IMG/VR virus record: IMGVR_UViG_3300043775_001834
Coordinates: 13,587 to 77,586 of that record
Strand: one strand, 5' to 3'
Source: a virus
Length of the DNA: 64,000 nt
The first letter of the stretch is position 1; each line of letters starts with the position of its first letter. The position numbers and the translations under genes are program-made. The notes under the pieces are model-generated. The model ran no database searches and was not told the origin of the DNA. It worked only from the letters and a program-made list of their open reading frames with translations. Of this stretch, positions 30,221-39,908 are shown one piece after another.

Positions 30221-31691
30221 CGAATTTGTAATTAATGAGGCTGTAAAACCGGCACCAAAAAATCCTGTTAAAATTGTACTTCTTTCCAATATTAGTGAGG
30301 AATCATACACTGTTCCTGCAGTTGATAAAGAATGTAAAAAACGTGGAATCGAATTCCGCATCATTGATGTTAATACATGTTCATTGACTAAAAGCTCAGA
30401 TGGAGATTATTTTACTATCGTTGATAAAACCAAGAAACCTTTTAAAATAGATTCAGAAGATACTGCAATTTTAACTCGTAGAGGAATCGTTAGAAATACT
30501 TATACTCGAGATATTGTATCTCAATTAGAAGATAATAATTTCTTTGTAGTAAACACTTTAAGTTCAGTTTTAGCTTGTGAAAACAAATACGTTACTTCAA
30601 AAATACTTATGGATGCCGGTCTTCCGGTTCCTAAAATGGCAATGGTCGATGGAGAAGATTCCATTGAACCGGCAGTCGAACAAGTTGGTGGCAATTTTCC
30701 GGTAATCCTTAAAATGCTTTCCGGTTCACAAGGAATTGGAGTTTCTATTATAGATTCATTAGCATCTCTTAAATCAGTATTACAAACTTTATGGAAAGTC
30801 GATCCAACCGTAGAAACTCTTATACAAGAAAAGATCGAATCAGAATATGATTTACGTATTCACGTTTTAACTAAGCGTTTCAATTCACCTAGACCGGAAG
30901 ATACTGATTCGGTACTTTTAGGTTATATGAGAAGAAACAAAGTTGATAAAGACTTTAGAACTAACTACTCATTAGGCGGTTCAGTTGAAAAAACCAAATT
31001 AACACCAGAACAAGAAAGAATTGCGATCGAATCGGCTAAGGCAGTAGGTTGTAATTGGTGTGGAGTTGATATTATTGTTGATGAGAAAACTGGTAAAAAC
31101 TATGTACTAGAAGTTAATTCATCTCCAGGTACACAAGGATTAAAAAAGGCTACTGGTGTAGATGTTATTAAAGACATCATCGATTTTCTATCAGATAGAC
31201 AAAATTGGATTCGTTCACGTAGAATTATTGGATTTAGAGAAGTAATTACAATTCCTGGAATTGGTGATATTGTTTCTAAGTTCGATACTGGTAATGGTTC
31301 ACTTTCATGTTCATTAACTTATGATAAAATGAAAATTAGTGAAGATGGCAAACAATGTAATTGGGAATTGAACGGTAAAAAATATGTGCATCAGATAATT
31401 GGAATTTCTAATGCAGAAGTTGGTAATGATATTGATGAAAGACCTATTATAGAAATGGATATCGCATTTGCTGGTAAAACTTACAAAGAAGTTCAAGTTT
31501 CATTAGTTAATAGAATCGACAAATCTACTAAATTTTTAGTAAATAGGAAATTCATGGAAAGAATTGGTTGTTCAGTATCGCCATATAAAACTTTCGTAGT
31601 AACTTCATTTGATGGTGAATATCATCCAGGTGAAGCTAAAGGAAGTGCACATGCTGGAATAACATTTGAAAATAAAAAAACAAAGAAATAA
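30195..31691 (+). CDS. rimK: RimK-family ATP-grasp ligase fused to a retropepsin-like (RimB-type) protease domain
   Basis: CENK, P.ILK..SGSQGIGV, IQEKI, DLRI, FRTNYSLGG, GVDII, LEVNSSPG; C-terminal IIGFREVI..SKFDTGNG..RP..LVNR. Confidence 0.88.
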   Translation: MKNRLAYFNEFVINEAVKPAPKNPVKIVLLSNISEESYTVPAVDKECKKRGIEFRIIDVNTCSLTKSSDGDYFTIVDKTKKPFKIDSEDTAILTRRGIVRNTYTRDIVSQLEDNNFFVVNTLSSVLACENKYVTSKILMDAGLPVPKMAMVDGEDSIEPAVEQVGGNFPVILKMLSGSQGIGVSIIDSLASLKSVLQTLWKVDPTVETLIQEKIESEYDLRIHVLTKRFNSPRPEDTDSVLLGYMRRNKVDKDFRTNYSLGGSVEKTKLTPEQERIAIESAKAVGCNWCGVDIIVDEKTGKNYVLEVNSSPGTQGLKKATGVDVIKDIIDFLSDRQNWIRSRRIIGFREVITIPGIGDIVSKFDTGNGSLSCSLTYDKMKISEDGKQCNWELNGKKYVHQIIGISNAEVGNDIDERPIIEMDIAFAGKTYKEVQVSLVNRIDKSTKFLVNRKFMERIGCSVSPYKTFVVTSFDGEYHPGEAKGSAHAGITFENKKTKK

Positions 31692-32098
31692 TGAGTAAAC
31701 TACCTACATATGAAGAATTCTTAAACGAATCTACATCATTAGCGGTTGGCGGAGAACATTGGAATGTGTATATTGCTAACAAAGACACAGAAGTTAAAAA
31801 TATCAAAGGAACTAGAAAGGTAAAAGTATCAGTTGGAACTGTAATAAGTGCTGCTGGAGGTGGATATTGGGTAAACATCGATCGTAGTGTTGAAACTGGA
31901 ATCGAGTCTCTTGAAGGCAACCCAGATTTTGATGTCCTTAACGATTCAACTTGGCCTAAAACTGTTGAACTAACTAAGGAAATAGAAAAATGGGCAAGAG
32001 ATACTGATCGTCTTATGCAAAGAGACCCTAAAAAGGCACAATCGGTTATCAATAATCGAAACCGAGTTATAGAAGACATTAAAAAATTATTAAAGTAA
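31691..32098 (+). CDS. Putative internal head protein
   Basis: Starts MSKLPTYEEFLNES. Confidence 0.6.
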   Translation: MSKLPTYEEFLNESTSLAVGGEHWNVYIANKDTEVKNIKGTRKVKVSVGTVISAAGGGYWVNIDRSVETGIESLEGNPDFDVLNDSTWPKTVELTKEIEKWARDTDRLMQRDPKKAQSVINNRNRVIEDIKKLLK

Positions 32099-32099
32099 T

Positions 32100-32327
32100 A
32101 TGGAACACTTACCTACATTCAATGAATTCGTAAACGAAAAAGCTGAGAACTATATGACGATAGAAAATCTTAAAACTATCAAAAGAAATGTAGAAATTCT
32201 TTTAGCTATGGATCCCATTAAAATAGACGAAATCTTAAAGAATGGGCATGATTGGGCAGAAGACCACATTTCAGTAGCAAACGAAAACTTAGACCAAGTA
32301 ACAAAATTCTTTACTAACGAACAATAA
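32100..32327 (+). CDS. Putative internal head protein
   Basis: Starts MEHLPTFNEFVNE; GHDWAEDHIS motif. Confidence 0.6.
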   Translation: MEHLPTFNEFVNEKAENYMTIENLKTIKRNVEILLAMDPIKIDEILKNGHDWAEDHISVANENLDQVTKFFTNEQ

Positions 32328-32328
32328 A

Positions 32329-32419
32329 TTGTTAATAACTTTTTGAAAATAATTAATCCGACATTTCCTAGTGTCGGATTTTTTGCTTATATTTACATAT
32401 CTAATTAAAACTACACATT
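32329..32419 (+). promoter_or_regulatory. Early promoter cassette 1 (Bacteroidota sigma-type) with embedded terminator hairpin
   Basis: TTGTTAATAAC 32329, TTT 32364, TATATTTAC 32388, ATATCTAATTAAAA leader. Confidence 0.75.
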
Positions 32420-32710
32420 ATGTCAAATCAAAATTCATTATTCACGTCAGTTAAAACATTTTTAAACGAACGTAACGATCAACAATTTAAGGTATCGGAT
32501 TTAATCAAACATACTACCGGTATTGAAAATGTTACTAATTGGAAGAGATGGAACAATAATCCTGGATATCGTACTCGTCAATATCTATCAAATTTACGAA
32601 GATTAGAATTTATCAAAAACGTTAAATATGGAGTTTGGGAAGTAATCAAACCAATACCACCAGATTTCAATTCAACTTCTATGAATATTGCTCTTAACTA
32701 CATATACTAA
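32420..32710 (+). CDS. Early hypothetical protein, possible winged helix
   Basis: Follows promoter cassette; RQYLSNLRRLEFIKNVKYGVW pattern. Confidence 0.6.
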   Translation: MSNQNSLFTSVKTFLNERNDQQFKVSDLIKHTTGIENVTNWKRWNNNPGYRTRQYLSNLRRLEFIKNVKYGVWEVIKPIPPDFNSTSMNIALNYIY

Positions 32711-32715
32711 ATATT

Positions 32716-32889
32716 ATGAAAGGATTTAACGAACCTAAAAATTGGAATTTTTACATTACAATAAATAGCATAGAAACTCTTGTTGCTACTAAATATTGCA
32801 AATGTCCTTCACTTACTAAGATTTGGAAAGAACTTGAATATAGGCTTTCATATGAATCAGAAGTTAAAAGCATAAAATGGTGTCTATAA
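32716..32889 (+). CDS. Early hypothetical protein, 57 aa (not in ORF track)
   Basis: MKGFNEPKNWNFYITINS...KWCL fills the gap between a stop and the next cassette. Confidence 0.55.
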   Translation: MKGFNEPKNWNFYITINSIETLVATKYCKCPSLTKIWKELEYRLSYESEVKSIKWCL

Positions 32890-32890
32890 A

Positions 32891-32971
32891 TTGTTAATAA
32901 CTTTATTGAAATAAATTTCCATGTTTCAGATTATTTGATTAAATTTACATATCTAATTAAAACTACACATT
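32891..32971 (+). promoter_or_regulatory. Early promoter cassette 2
   Basis: TTGTTAATAAC 32891, TTT 32916, TAAATTTAC 32940; leader identical to cassette 1. Confidence 0.75.
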
Positions 32972-33448
32972 ATGATGACAGAATCACAAATCCACGAACA
33001 AAAAGAACTTGAATCTAAATTAGCTCATAACTATGAGTTGTCTCATCGAGAGAACATGCTTCTCATATATTCAGATTTCCATAAAGATGCTTATGGTTTT
33101 CGTCCTCGTACTATTAATGTATATGCCTTAACTACTGAGGAGTTAGAGGCCGATTTTGATCGTTTCGAACAGGTTTGTGCTGATAATCGTGAAGAGGAAT
33201 TGGCTGCTGAATTTGAAGCGGATAAAGCCTTCCAAAACCTTATTACTAATACTATCCAAATAGGTGCTAGTGATGAGATTACTGCCTTACGTTGGATCGC
33301 TGAAGGTGCGGTAGAACAATACGGTTATGATTATGAGCACTTCCTTTGGAACCGAGGTATTTTATACTCAGCTTACGGTAAAAGAATTGCCCAGAGAATT
33401 GCTCCTATCTGGGGTAAAGCATTGTTCCAATATGAAAAGGCTGCATAA
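32972..33448 (+). CDS. Early hypothetical phage protein
   Basis: YSDFHKDAYGFRPR motif, as recalled from early genes of large myoviruses. Confidence 0.7.
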   Translation: MMTESQIHEQKELESKLAHNYELSHRENMLLIYSDFHKDAYGFRPRTINVYALTTEELEADFDRFEQVCADNREEELAAEFEADKAFQNLITNTIQIGASDEITALRWIAEGAVEQYGYDYEHFLWNRGILYSAYGKRIAQRIAPIWGKALFQYEKAA

Positions 33449-33460
33449 TTTTTAATAAAT

Positions 33461-33531
33461 TTTTAACACTTTAATTTTTTTAGTTTCCTCAATATTGATT
33501 ATATTTACATATCTAAATAAAATAAAGAAAC
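33461..33531 (+). promoter_or_regulatory. Early promoter cassette 3
   Basis: TTTTAACA 33461, TATATTTAC 33500. Confidence 0.7.
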
Positions 33532-33663
33532 ATGATTATATCAACCGAACTAGCTGAAAAATTAATAGCAACAGGAAGACTTCTTTTTGGAGATTATTTC
33601 ATTAACCTAGAAGGAGAATACTATATTACTCGTAAAAAACTTAATAAAATCAAAACATCGTGA
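33532..33663 (+). CDS. Early peptide, 43 aa (not in ORF track)
   Basis: ATG directly after cassette 3: MIISTELAEKLIATGRLLFGDYF... Confidence 0.55.
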   Translation: MIISTELAEKLIATGRLLFGDYFINLEGEYYITRKKLNKIKTS

Positions 33664-33758
33664 AACAAAATGTAAAAGATAATCTAGTGATGGCAGTATT
33701 CTGTATTATTGTTATAATAATCACAACTATAATTGCTCATTTTTCGCCTGTAATGTAA
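33660..33758 (+). CDS. Single-TM peptide, 32 aa (not in ORF track)
   Basis: GTGA overlap with the previous stop; MKQNVKDNLVMAVFCIIVIIITTIIAHFSPVM. Confidence 0.4.
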   Translation: MKQNVKDNLVMAVFCIIVIIITTIIAHFSPVM

Positions 33759-33890
33759 TGTAAAGAATTCTATTTTATCTCTAAAATATGGTTTGCTAGC
33801 AATATTATAACATTAAACTAGATGAAACTCTAATCCTCATACACTAGCCGGAACATTAGATAAAATGGTTAAAGATAAAATTAAAGCAAA

Positions 33891-33981
33891 GTGTTAAAAC
33901 TTTAACAAAATTTTAACACTTTAGATTTTCACGATACAAACATATTGATTATATTTACATATCTAATTAAAACTTCATATT
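33891..33981 (+). promoter_or_regulatory. Early promoter cassette 4
   Basis: TGTTAAAA 33892, TTTAACA 33901, TTTTAACA 33911, TATATTTAC 33950. Confidence 0.7.
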
Positions 33982-34182
33982 ATGACAAATCCAACATCTA
34001 AACGAGCAATTTACCTTTTATTAACTCTGGCTTCTATGCTATGTACCTACTCTACGTTAACTGGCGATTTACAAAAAACAATTCACTTTACCGGAATTGC
34101 AAATGAAATGGCATTCGTTATGGTCTCATTTATGTTATCTATCGGATTTGCTTATTTAACCATTTCTAAAATCGAAGAATAA
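33982..34182 (+). CDS. Early two-TM membrane protein
   Basis: Two hydrophobic segments; follows cassette 4. Confidence 0.6.
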   Translation: MTNPTSKRAIYLLLTLASMLCTYSTLTGDLQKTIHFTGIANEMAFVMVSFMLSIGFAYLTISKIEE

Positions 34183-34587
34183 ATGAAAACTGAAAGATTA
34201 CAAGTAAGAGCAAGACAAGCAAGAAGAAAAATTACAAAATTGTTTACTGTATTTTCAAACGATGAGTTAATTGAAGATAAACAAATTGATTGTTTGCGTA
34301 TCGTTAATAAGTTGATTTGCGAGCCTAACACTATTTTACGATATATCTTCGACAAGAAAAAATATACGGTAGAAACTTCGAAATATTATGTTCAAATTTT
34401 CGATAAATTTATCATCCTCCAAAACGGTAAATTTTCTTATCATGTAGATTTACCTGAGAAAAGTATAGACGAAGTCAAGTCTCTTTTTAATCGAGTAATT
34501 GAAAGACGAGATAAAATCTCTCAACAAAAATACAATGATCGAACTGCTAAAAATCTTAAAGAAGTTTTAGCGGAGCTAAATTCATAA
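34183..34587 (+). CDS. Hypothetical basic protein
   Basis: ORF abutting the previous stop. Confidence 0.6.
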   Translation: MKTERLQVRARQARRKITKLFTVFSNDELIEDKQIDCLRIVNKLICEPNTILRYIFDKKKYTVETSKYYVQIFDKFIILQNGKFSYHVDLPEKSIDEVKSLFNRVIERRDKISQQKYNDRTAKNLKEVLAELNS

Positions 34588-34641
34588 ATTTGTTAATACT
34601 TTTAAAGGATTATTAGCATATAATAACTCTAAACTATTTAT

Positions 34642-35595
34642 ATGAATCCTAAAAAAGCTCTATGGACTGAAAGATATCGTCCATCCACATTAGATGAATT
34701 GATATTACCTGAAAGAATTGCAACCAAACTTCGTAATGGGTTGTATATGAATTTCTTATTTCATAGTTCTCCAGGTACAGGCAAAACATCAACGGCAAAA
34801 GCTATTTCAAAAGACAATCCAACTATGTATATCAATTGTTCGGTTGAAACCGGAGTTGATACTGTTCGTACGAAAATATCCGAATTCTGTTCTACTTTGT
34901 CTGTTATTGATGGTGAAAGAAAATTAAAAGTGGTTATATTAGATGAGTTCGATGGTGTCTCTGATGCATACATGAAAGCTTTACGTGGTACAATCGAACA
35001 ATTCGAAAAAACTGCTCGTTTTATTGCTACTTGCAACTACATTAATAAAATTCCTGACAACATTCAATCTCGTTTCGAATGTTTTAATTTTGATTTCTCT
35101 GAAGAAGAAGAAATTGAAATTGAAAAGAAATACTATAAGCGAGTTTATGATATCATCAAAGCCGAAGGTATGGATATCGAGAAAGAAGCGTTAGTTGAAT
35201 TAGTTAAACGTAAGTTTCCGGATTTACGATCAATCATTAACATCTTACAAGGTTATCATGCAGAAGGTAAAACTAAAATCACTGCAGAAGATGTTAAAAA
35301 ATTCCACGGAGTTTTCAAAGACCTTTACGAACATATCTTTAATCCTGCAAATGACGAAGTTAAAAACTATCAATACTTAGTTTCTAATTACTCATCAAAA
35401 GTAGATGATGTGGTTCAATCATTAGGTACAGATTTCATAGAATACATTCAATTAGAACGTCCTCAGTTAATGAGAAAAGCCGGTGAAATATGTTATGAAG
35501 TTAATAGACATTCATATGAACTTAGATTTGTTATTGATCCGGTAATTTGTATGTTGTCCTTGGTTTATCGTATACAACATATTGTTCGTTCATAG
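34642..35595 (+). CDS. gp44: Clamp loader AAA+ subunit (gp44 / RFC-like)
   Basis: LWTERYRP, SPGTGKTS, ILDEFD, QSRF, FPDLRS. Confidence 0.95.
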   Translation: MNPKKALWTERYRPSTLDELILPERIATKLRNGLYMNFLFHSSPGTGKTSTAKAISKDNPTMYINCSVETGVDTVRTKISEFCSTLSVIDGERKLKVVILDEFDGVSDAYMKALRGTIEQFEKTARFIATCNYINKIPDNIQSRFECFNFDFSEEEEIEIEKKYYKRVYDIIKAEGMDIEKEALVELVKRKFPDLRSIINILQGYHAEGKTKITAEDVKKFHGVFKDLYEHIFNPANDEVKNYQYLVSNYSSKVDDVVQSLGTDFIEYIQLERPQLMRKAGEICYEVNRHSYELRFVIDPVICMLSLVYRIQHIVRS

Positions 35596-35617
35596 GATAG
35601 ATAAAAGAAAAGAACAT

Positions 35618-36217
35618 ATGCCTGCAAGCAATCAACAAATATTTTTAGTTAATGGAATCATCGTGGATTTCTTCGGAAATCCAATAAATATATTTTCTTC
35701 AAGATCTGCTGGAGCAACTGGTCCGATAGGAGCAACTGGCGAAGCTGGATTACCTGGAGTTACTGGACCTGCTGGATCTACTGCAGCTACTTCTAAATTC
35801 ATTAAAGAATGGATTACCGCAGGCAATGAACGCCTAATTATTACTGCTGAAGAAATTAATCCAATAATGTTAGCCTCAGGGAATACTCAAGAACAAATAA
35901 GTTATGACCAAAATTACAGTTATTATAACTATTATGGTGGTAATCCATCAAGTTCATCTAGTTTAACTTCGCCTTATTCATCTGGGTTTTTAATCGATGA
36001 AATTAGTCAATCTTTAGCAGACATCCAAATTCAATTATGGCGAGTTAATTCAGCGTTCATAGATCCGGAAACTGAAAGTAGCTCATCAACTTTTTGGGAA
36101 TTAATTAGTCCTAATGATTATTCGGTAAACGTAAATGCAAACACTGGAGCTATTTATATCAATTTAACTTACCGATTAGTAAATTCTACTAGAACTCGAG
36201 CGGTTGTTATTTGTTAA
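35618..36217 (+). CDS. Late structural protein with short collagen-like stretch (start revised to ATG 35618)
   Basis: GATGPIGATGEAGLPGVTGPAGST G-X-Y run; GATAGATA at 35596. Confidence 0.55.
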   Translation: MPASNQQIFLVNGIIVDFFGNPINIFSSRSAGATGPIGATGEAGLPGVTGPAGSTAATSKFIKEWITAGNERLIITAEEINPIMLASGNTQEQISYDQNYSYYNYYGGNPSSSSSLTSPYSSGFLIDEISQSLADIQIQLWRVNSAFIDPETESSSSTFWELISPNDYSVNVNANTGAIYINLTYRLVNSTRTRAVVIC

Positions 36218-36291
36218 TAACTTTCTATTAAAATATTTCTAAATAACAACTAATATTGTTATATTTGTATAACACATTAAACAAAAACATT
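36211..36291 (+). promoter_or_regulatory. Early promoter cassette 5
   Basis: TTGTTAATAAC 36211, TTT 36236, TATATTTG 36260 (exact Bacteroidota -7 consensus). Confidence 0.75.
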
Positions 36292-37560
36292 ATGACAGGT
36301 AAATATACCTTAGAATTCGATGCTAATTTTTGGCTACATAAAACATTCCATATCGGTCAAAAAATTAAACAAGGCAAACCTTTTAATTTTATCGACGAAC
36401 CTGAAGAAGATAAAAATCTATTGTTATGGAAATTATCTGTCGATTTTGCTGCTGAAATAAAACGTTTCGAAGGAATTACTCATCGAATCGTTTATACTAT
36501 CGATTCAAGCTCATGGCGTAAATCATATCATCCAACTGCCGAATACAAAGGAAATCGTATTAAAACCAATGAAATTAATTGGTCTATGATTTATGAAGTT
36601 CATGACGAATTTGCAAAATCACTTGAAAAACTAGGTGTTATTATTTCTCGAGTTAAAGGTGCCGAAGCCGACGATTTAATATTTGCTTGGTCTTCGTACT
36701 TAAATCAAAATGGTCAAAATGCTTTAATTATTTCAGGTGATAATGATTTACTTCAATTAGTAAATAAAGACAATTCATCAGGAGCTAATACAGTTTATTA
36801 CAATAAATTCGACAAAGACCTACACGTTTTTCCAGGATTTAAACAATGGATCGAAGTCGAAGAAATGCCTACTGATATTTTCAACTTACCTAAAGACATC
36901 ATATCAAATGCAAAGTCTCATCTCAAAGATATCGTTAAGTTAAATAAAATGAAATTAGATGAAGTCAATGTTAATGAATTTGTCTTCAGAAAAATCCTAG
37001 TAGGAGATTCAGGCGATAATGTTCCACCATTACATACTACAATTAAAACTGATAAATCAGGTAAAGAACGAACATTCAAAGTAACCGATACTCATGCCGC
37101 TGCAATTATGGCAGAATTTAAAGATGATAAAATTTACATCAATCAATCACACTTCTTTAATGAAGAATATATCGATCAAATCGTTTCTATTGCTCAACGA
37201 GTAATTAAAATCGACAAACCATTAGCCGAAATTAAAGAACGATGGTTATTGAATCGAGATTTAATGATGCTACATAAACGTTGCATTCCTGAAAAGGTCT
37301 TAAGCGATATGTTCGAACACATCGAATCTATTCCATTAAGTTCTTTCTCTGCAATGGCTTTACATTCACTTATGAGTAAAGATAAAATTCTTGAAGGTAC
37401 CACATACACAAAAGAAAAAGCCGAATCATTTAATGAGTCAGGAATTTTTAGATCGGCAATGCCAAAATCTGATCCGATGGTAAATAAAGATGTAGTAATA
37501 ACTTCAACTCCTGCAGGTGATGGATTCAATCCTTCATTTTGGGAAGACTTAATGAAATAA
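36292..37560 (+). CDS. rnh: T4 RNase H-like 5'-3' exonuclease (start revised to ATG 36292)
   Basis: SWRK..P..EYKGNR, EADDLI, SGDNDLLQL, GDSGDNVP. Confidence 0.9.
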   Translation: MTGKYTLEFDANFWLHKTFHIGQKIKQGKPFNFIDEPEEDKNLLLWKLSVDFAAEIKRFEGITHRIVYTIDSSSWRKSYHPTAEYKGNRIKTNEINWSMIYEVHDEFAKSLEKLGVIISRVKGAEADDLIFAWSSYLNQNGQNALIISGDNDLLQLVNKDNSSGANTVYYNKFDKDLHVFPGFKQWIEVEEMPTDIFNLPKDIISNAKSHLKDIVKLNKMKLDEVNVNEFVFRKILVGDSGDNVPPLHTTIKTDKSGKERTFKVTDTHAAAIMAEFKDDKIYINQSHFFNEEYIDQIVSIAQRVIKIDKPLAEIKERWLLNRDLMMLHKRCIPEKVLSDMFEHIESIPLSSFSAMALHSLMSKDKILEGTTYTKEKAESFNESGIFRSAMPKSDPMVNKDVVITSTPAGDGFNPSFWEDLMK

Positions 37561-37561
37561 T

Positions 37562-37939
37562 ATGTCACATTATAAACATGCAAATATAAAGAATCTCCCT
37601 AGCAACCCTAAGGAGATTTTTGATTATGCACTGAGTAAATCTTACGATTCATGGGTTGATGAAAAGAGTACGGCAGATAATCCAGGATATGCTACTAGAA
37701 AACCTAGTAAATTAACGTATGAAGAAGCTTTCAAAATCATTCAAGCAAATAAACCACATTGGGTAGTTTCTTTTCGCAATATCTATCATATAAGTACTAC
37801 AGAAAATGATTATTGGGAATTCGGTGGATGTAATATCAAAGCCAATGATTATGGTGAAGTTTTCATTTGGATAAAAGTTACCATTGAAGAAGCCTTAAAA
37901 ATATTTGAAAAATTTAATTTAGAAGTAAATGAATATTGA
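37562..37939 (+). CDS. Hypothetical protein
   Basis: ORF track; tight packing. Confidence 0.6.
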   Translation: MSHYKHANIKNLPSNPKEIFDYALSKSYDSWVDEKSTADNPGYATRKPSKLTYEEAFKIIQANKPHWVVSFRNIYHISTTENDYWEFGGCNIKANDYGEVFIWIKVTIEEALKIFEKFNLEVNEY

Positions 37940-38330
37940 TATAGAAGATAATAAAACACTCATCATCAGAAAGTTCGAAGAACTTAAAGGTCAATTCGTT
38001 ATTAATGCAAGTTGGGAAATTGAAAGATTAGTAGCAGTCGGTGAAGATGATATGGACTACTATTGGATAACCTATGATGGTAGAAAATTACGATGGAATA
38101 CTTGCGTTGGTGGACTTATGCCACTAAAGGGATATTTGAGAAATGAAGATTATGATGAATTAGTTAGATTAGCTCAACTTAATCATTGGGATCAAGTAAC
38201 TCGATGGGGTCATCCGAACATTGAAAAGGCTGAGAAATTCGGCAGAGACCACAAAAATGAATTATTAACACTACCAGAAAATCATAGGTTCTTAACTGAG
38301 GTTTGCTGGGAATTAACAAAAATAGAATAA
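37929..38330 (+). CDS. Hypothetical protein
   Basis: ORF track; overlap-coupled. Confidence 0.6.
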   Translation: MNIDIEDNKTLIIRKFEELKGQFVINASWEIERLVAVGEDDMDYYWITYDGRKLRWNTCVGGLMPLKGYLRNEDYDELVRLAQLNHWDQVTRWGHPNIEKAEKFGRDHKNELLTLPENHRFLTEVCWELTKIE

Positions 38331-38600
38331 ATGGACTACTTAATTTTATCGATTATCGTTGGCATTTATATTTTAGGATATGTTTCAATGCTTGGTTTTT
38401 TAATTACCTTTGGTAAGAAATTTGGATTCGATAAATATGATTCTAGCAGAATTCGAAGCTATTCTGATTACGAAGATTATGATAGCAATGCAGAAGCCTA
38501 CGTTTCATGGTCTTTTGCATGGCCTATTTTAGTTCCCTTTCATATAATCTATTTCTTATATACTAGTCTCGTAAATAAAATAAAAAAATACACAAATTAA
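38331..38600 (+). CDS. Two-TM membrane protein
   Basis: Hydrophobic N-terminus and SFAWPILVP segment. Confidence 0.6.
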   Translation: MDYLILSIIVGIYILGYVSMLGFLITFGKKFGFDKYDSSRIRSYSDYEDYDSNAEAYVSWSFAWPILVPFHIIYFLYTSLVNKIKKYTN

Positions 38601-38601
38601 T

Positions 38602-38820
38602 ATGGAAGATTTTGCAAAAACCCGAGTAGGAAAAAAATTCTTAGAAATGGACATTCCTAAATTAGCCGATGCGTTAGAAAAACTAGCTGAGGCTATGACT
38701 GAATCTAATAAAATCGAAGAAAAGAAATTAGTATTAGAACAAAAAAGATTCCTAAACGAAAAACGTAATTCAAATGCTAAAAATACTGAATCGCTTCAGG
38801 AAAACTGGGCAAACAAATAG
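38602..38820 (+). CDS. Small coiled-coil hypothetical protein
   Basis: F..TRVGKKF.E.DIPKL..ALE pattern. Confidence 0.6.
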   Translation: MEDFAKTRVGKKFLEMDIPKLADALEKLAEAMTESNKIEEKKLVLEQKRFLNEKRNSNAKNTESLQENWANK

Positions 38821-39085
38821 TTGCACTCTCTGCAATGGCAAAAAATGTAGTGAAAAATGTTTGCCTGAGGTAATTGATGAAATAGAAACCGAAAGAAATT
38901 TCTATTTGTCACCTGAACAAAATGCTAAGTTTGTTGCATGGCAGAGAACAAAAACACTTAAATACATTGGTGCTATCGGTGGCCATTTCTCAGTAGAATT
39001 TATGATGACCGGAATTGGTGAATTTGTCGTAGCAAAATGTGTCGACGGAACCGAATTAAATTTAACCGAATACGATAAACTTTAA
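38774..39085 (+). CDS. Hypothetical Cys-containing protein
   Basis: ORF track; GAIGG motif; start uncertain. Confidence 0.55.
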   Translation: MLKILNRFRKTGQTNSCTLCNGKKCSEKCLPEVIDEIETERNFYLSPEQNAKFVAWQRTKTLKYIGAIGGHFSVEFMMTGIGEFVVAKCVDGTELNLTEYDKL

Positions 39086-39089
39086 AAAT

Positions 39090-39908
39090 ATGCCAGAATT
39101 ACCAGAAGTCGCTCGCACCGCTTTATCATTGAATAGTGCAATTCAAGGAAAAAAATTACAAGAAGTAATAGTTCACTCAGGACGATATGCCAAGCATGGT
39201 AATCCTGTTGGATTAGACCAATTCAGAGAAGAATTACCTGCGAATATAGACAAAGTCGAATTTTGCGGTAAGCTTATAGTATTTGAATTTACCGGAAAGA
39301 CTGGTAAAAAATGGTGGGTTTGGAATACTTTAGGCATGTCTGGTGGATGGCGATACCAACATTCAAAACACGGTCACGTTGAATTTAAGACTGCAGATGG
39401 CTCAGTTTTCTTTACTGATGCTCGTAATTTTGGTACAATGAAGTTCGTTGATAACGAAGTAGAAACAAAAAAGAAAAAATCTTCAATCGGTCCTAATCAT
39501 TTAGCCGATGTAATATCTGACGACCTTTTCAAAAATCGTTTGATGAAATATAAAAACAAAACTTTGCCAGAAGTACTAATGAATCAAGGATTGATAGGTG
39601 GTATAGGTAATTATATCAAAGCCGAAATTTTATATCGAGCTAAATTATCACCAAATCGAATTGTAGATTCTCTATCTCTTCAAGATTTCACAAATCTAAA
39701 TAAGGCAACTAAGGAAGTTGTTCAAAACTCATTTGCTAATCGAGGAGCATCGATCAAAACTTATAAAAGTATGGACGGAGAAGATGGAGATTTTGTATTT
39801 TCATTTAAAGTATACGGAAGAGAAACGTGTGAAAACGGTTTTGAAGTAGTAAGAGAATTAACTCGAGATGGAAGGACCACGCATTGGGTTCCTGAAATAC
39901 AAATATAG
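39090..39908 (+). CDS. fpg: Fpg/Nei family DNA glycosylase (zincless finger)
   Basis: MPELPEV, GK, LGMSG, F.DARNFG, LMNQ..IGGIGNYIKAEILY, GRTTHW.PEIQ. Confidence 0.95.
   Translation: MPELPEVARTALSLNSAIQGKKLQEVIVHSGRYAKHGNPVGLDQFREELPANIDKVEFCGKLIVFEFTGKTGKKWWVWNTLGMSGGWRYQHSKHGHVEFKTADGSVFFTDARNFGTMKFVDNEVETKKKKSSIGPNHLADVISDDLFKNRLMKYKNKTLPEVLMNQGLIGGIGNYIKAEILYRAKLSPNRIVDSLSLQDFTNLNKATKEVVQNSFANRGASIKTYKSMDGEDGDFVFSFKVYGRETCENGFEVVRELTRDGRTTHWVPEIQI

Noticed and set aside
32329-33981. Repeated intergenic sequences as a mini-CRISPR or attC-like cassette array
   Set aside because: Repeats resolve into -33/-7 promoter elements plus leader; no integrase and no constant palindromic repeat
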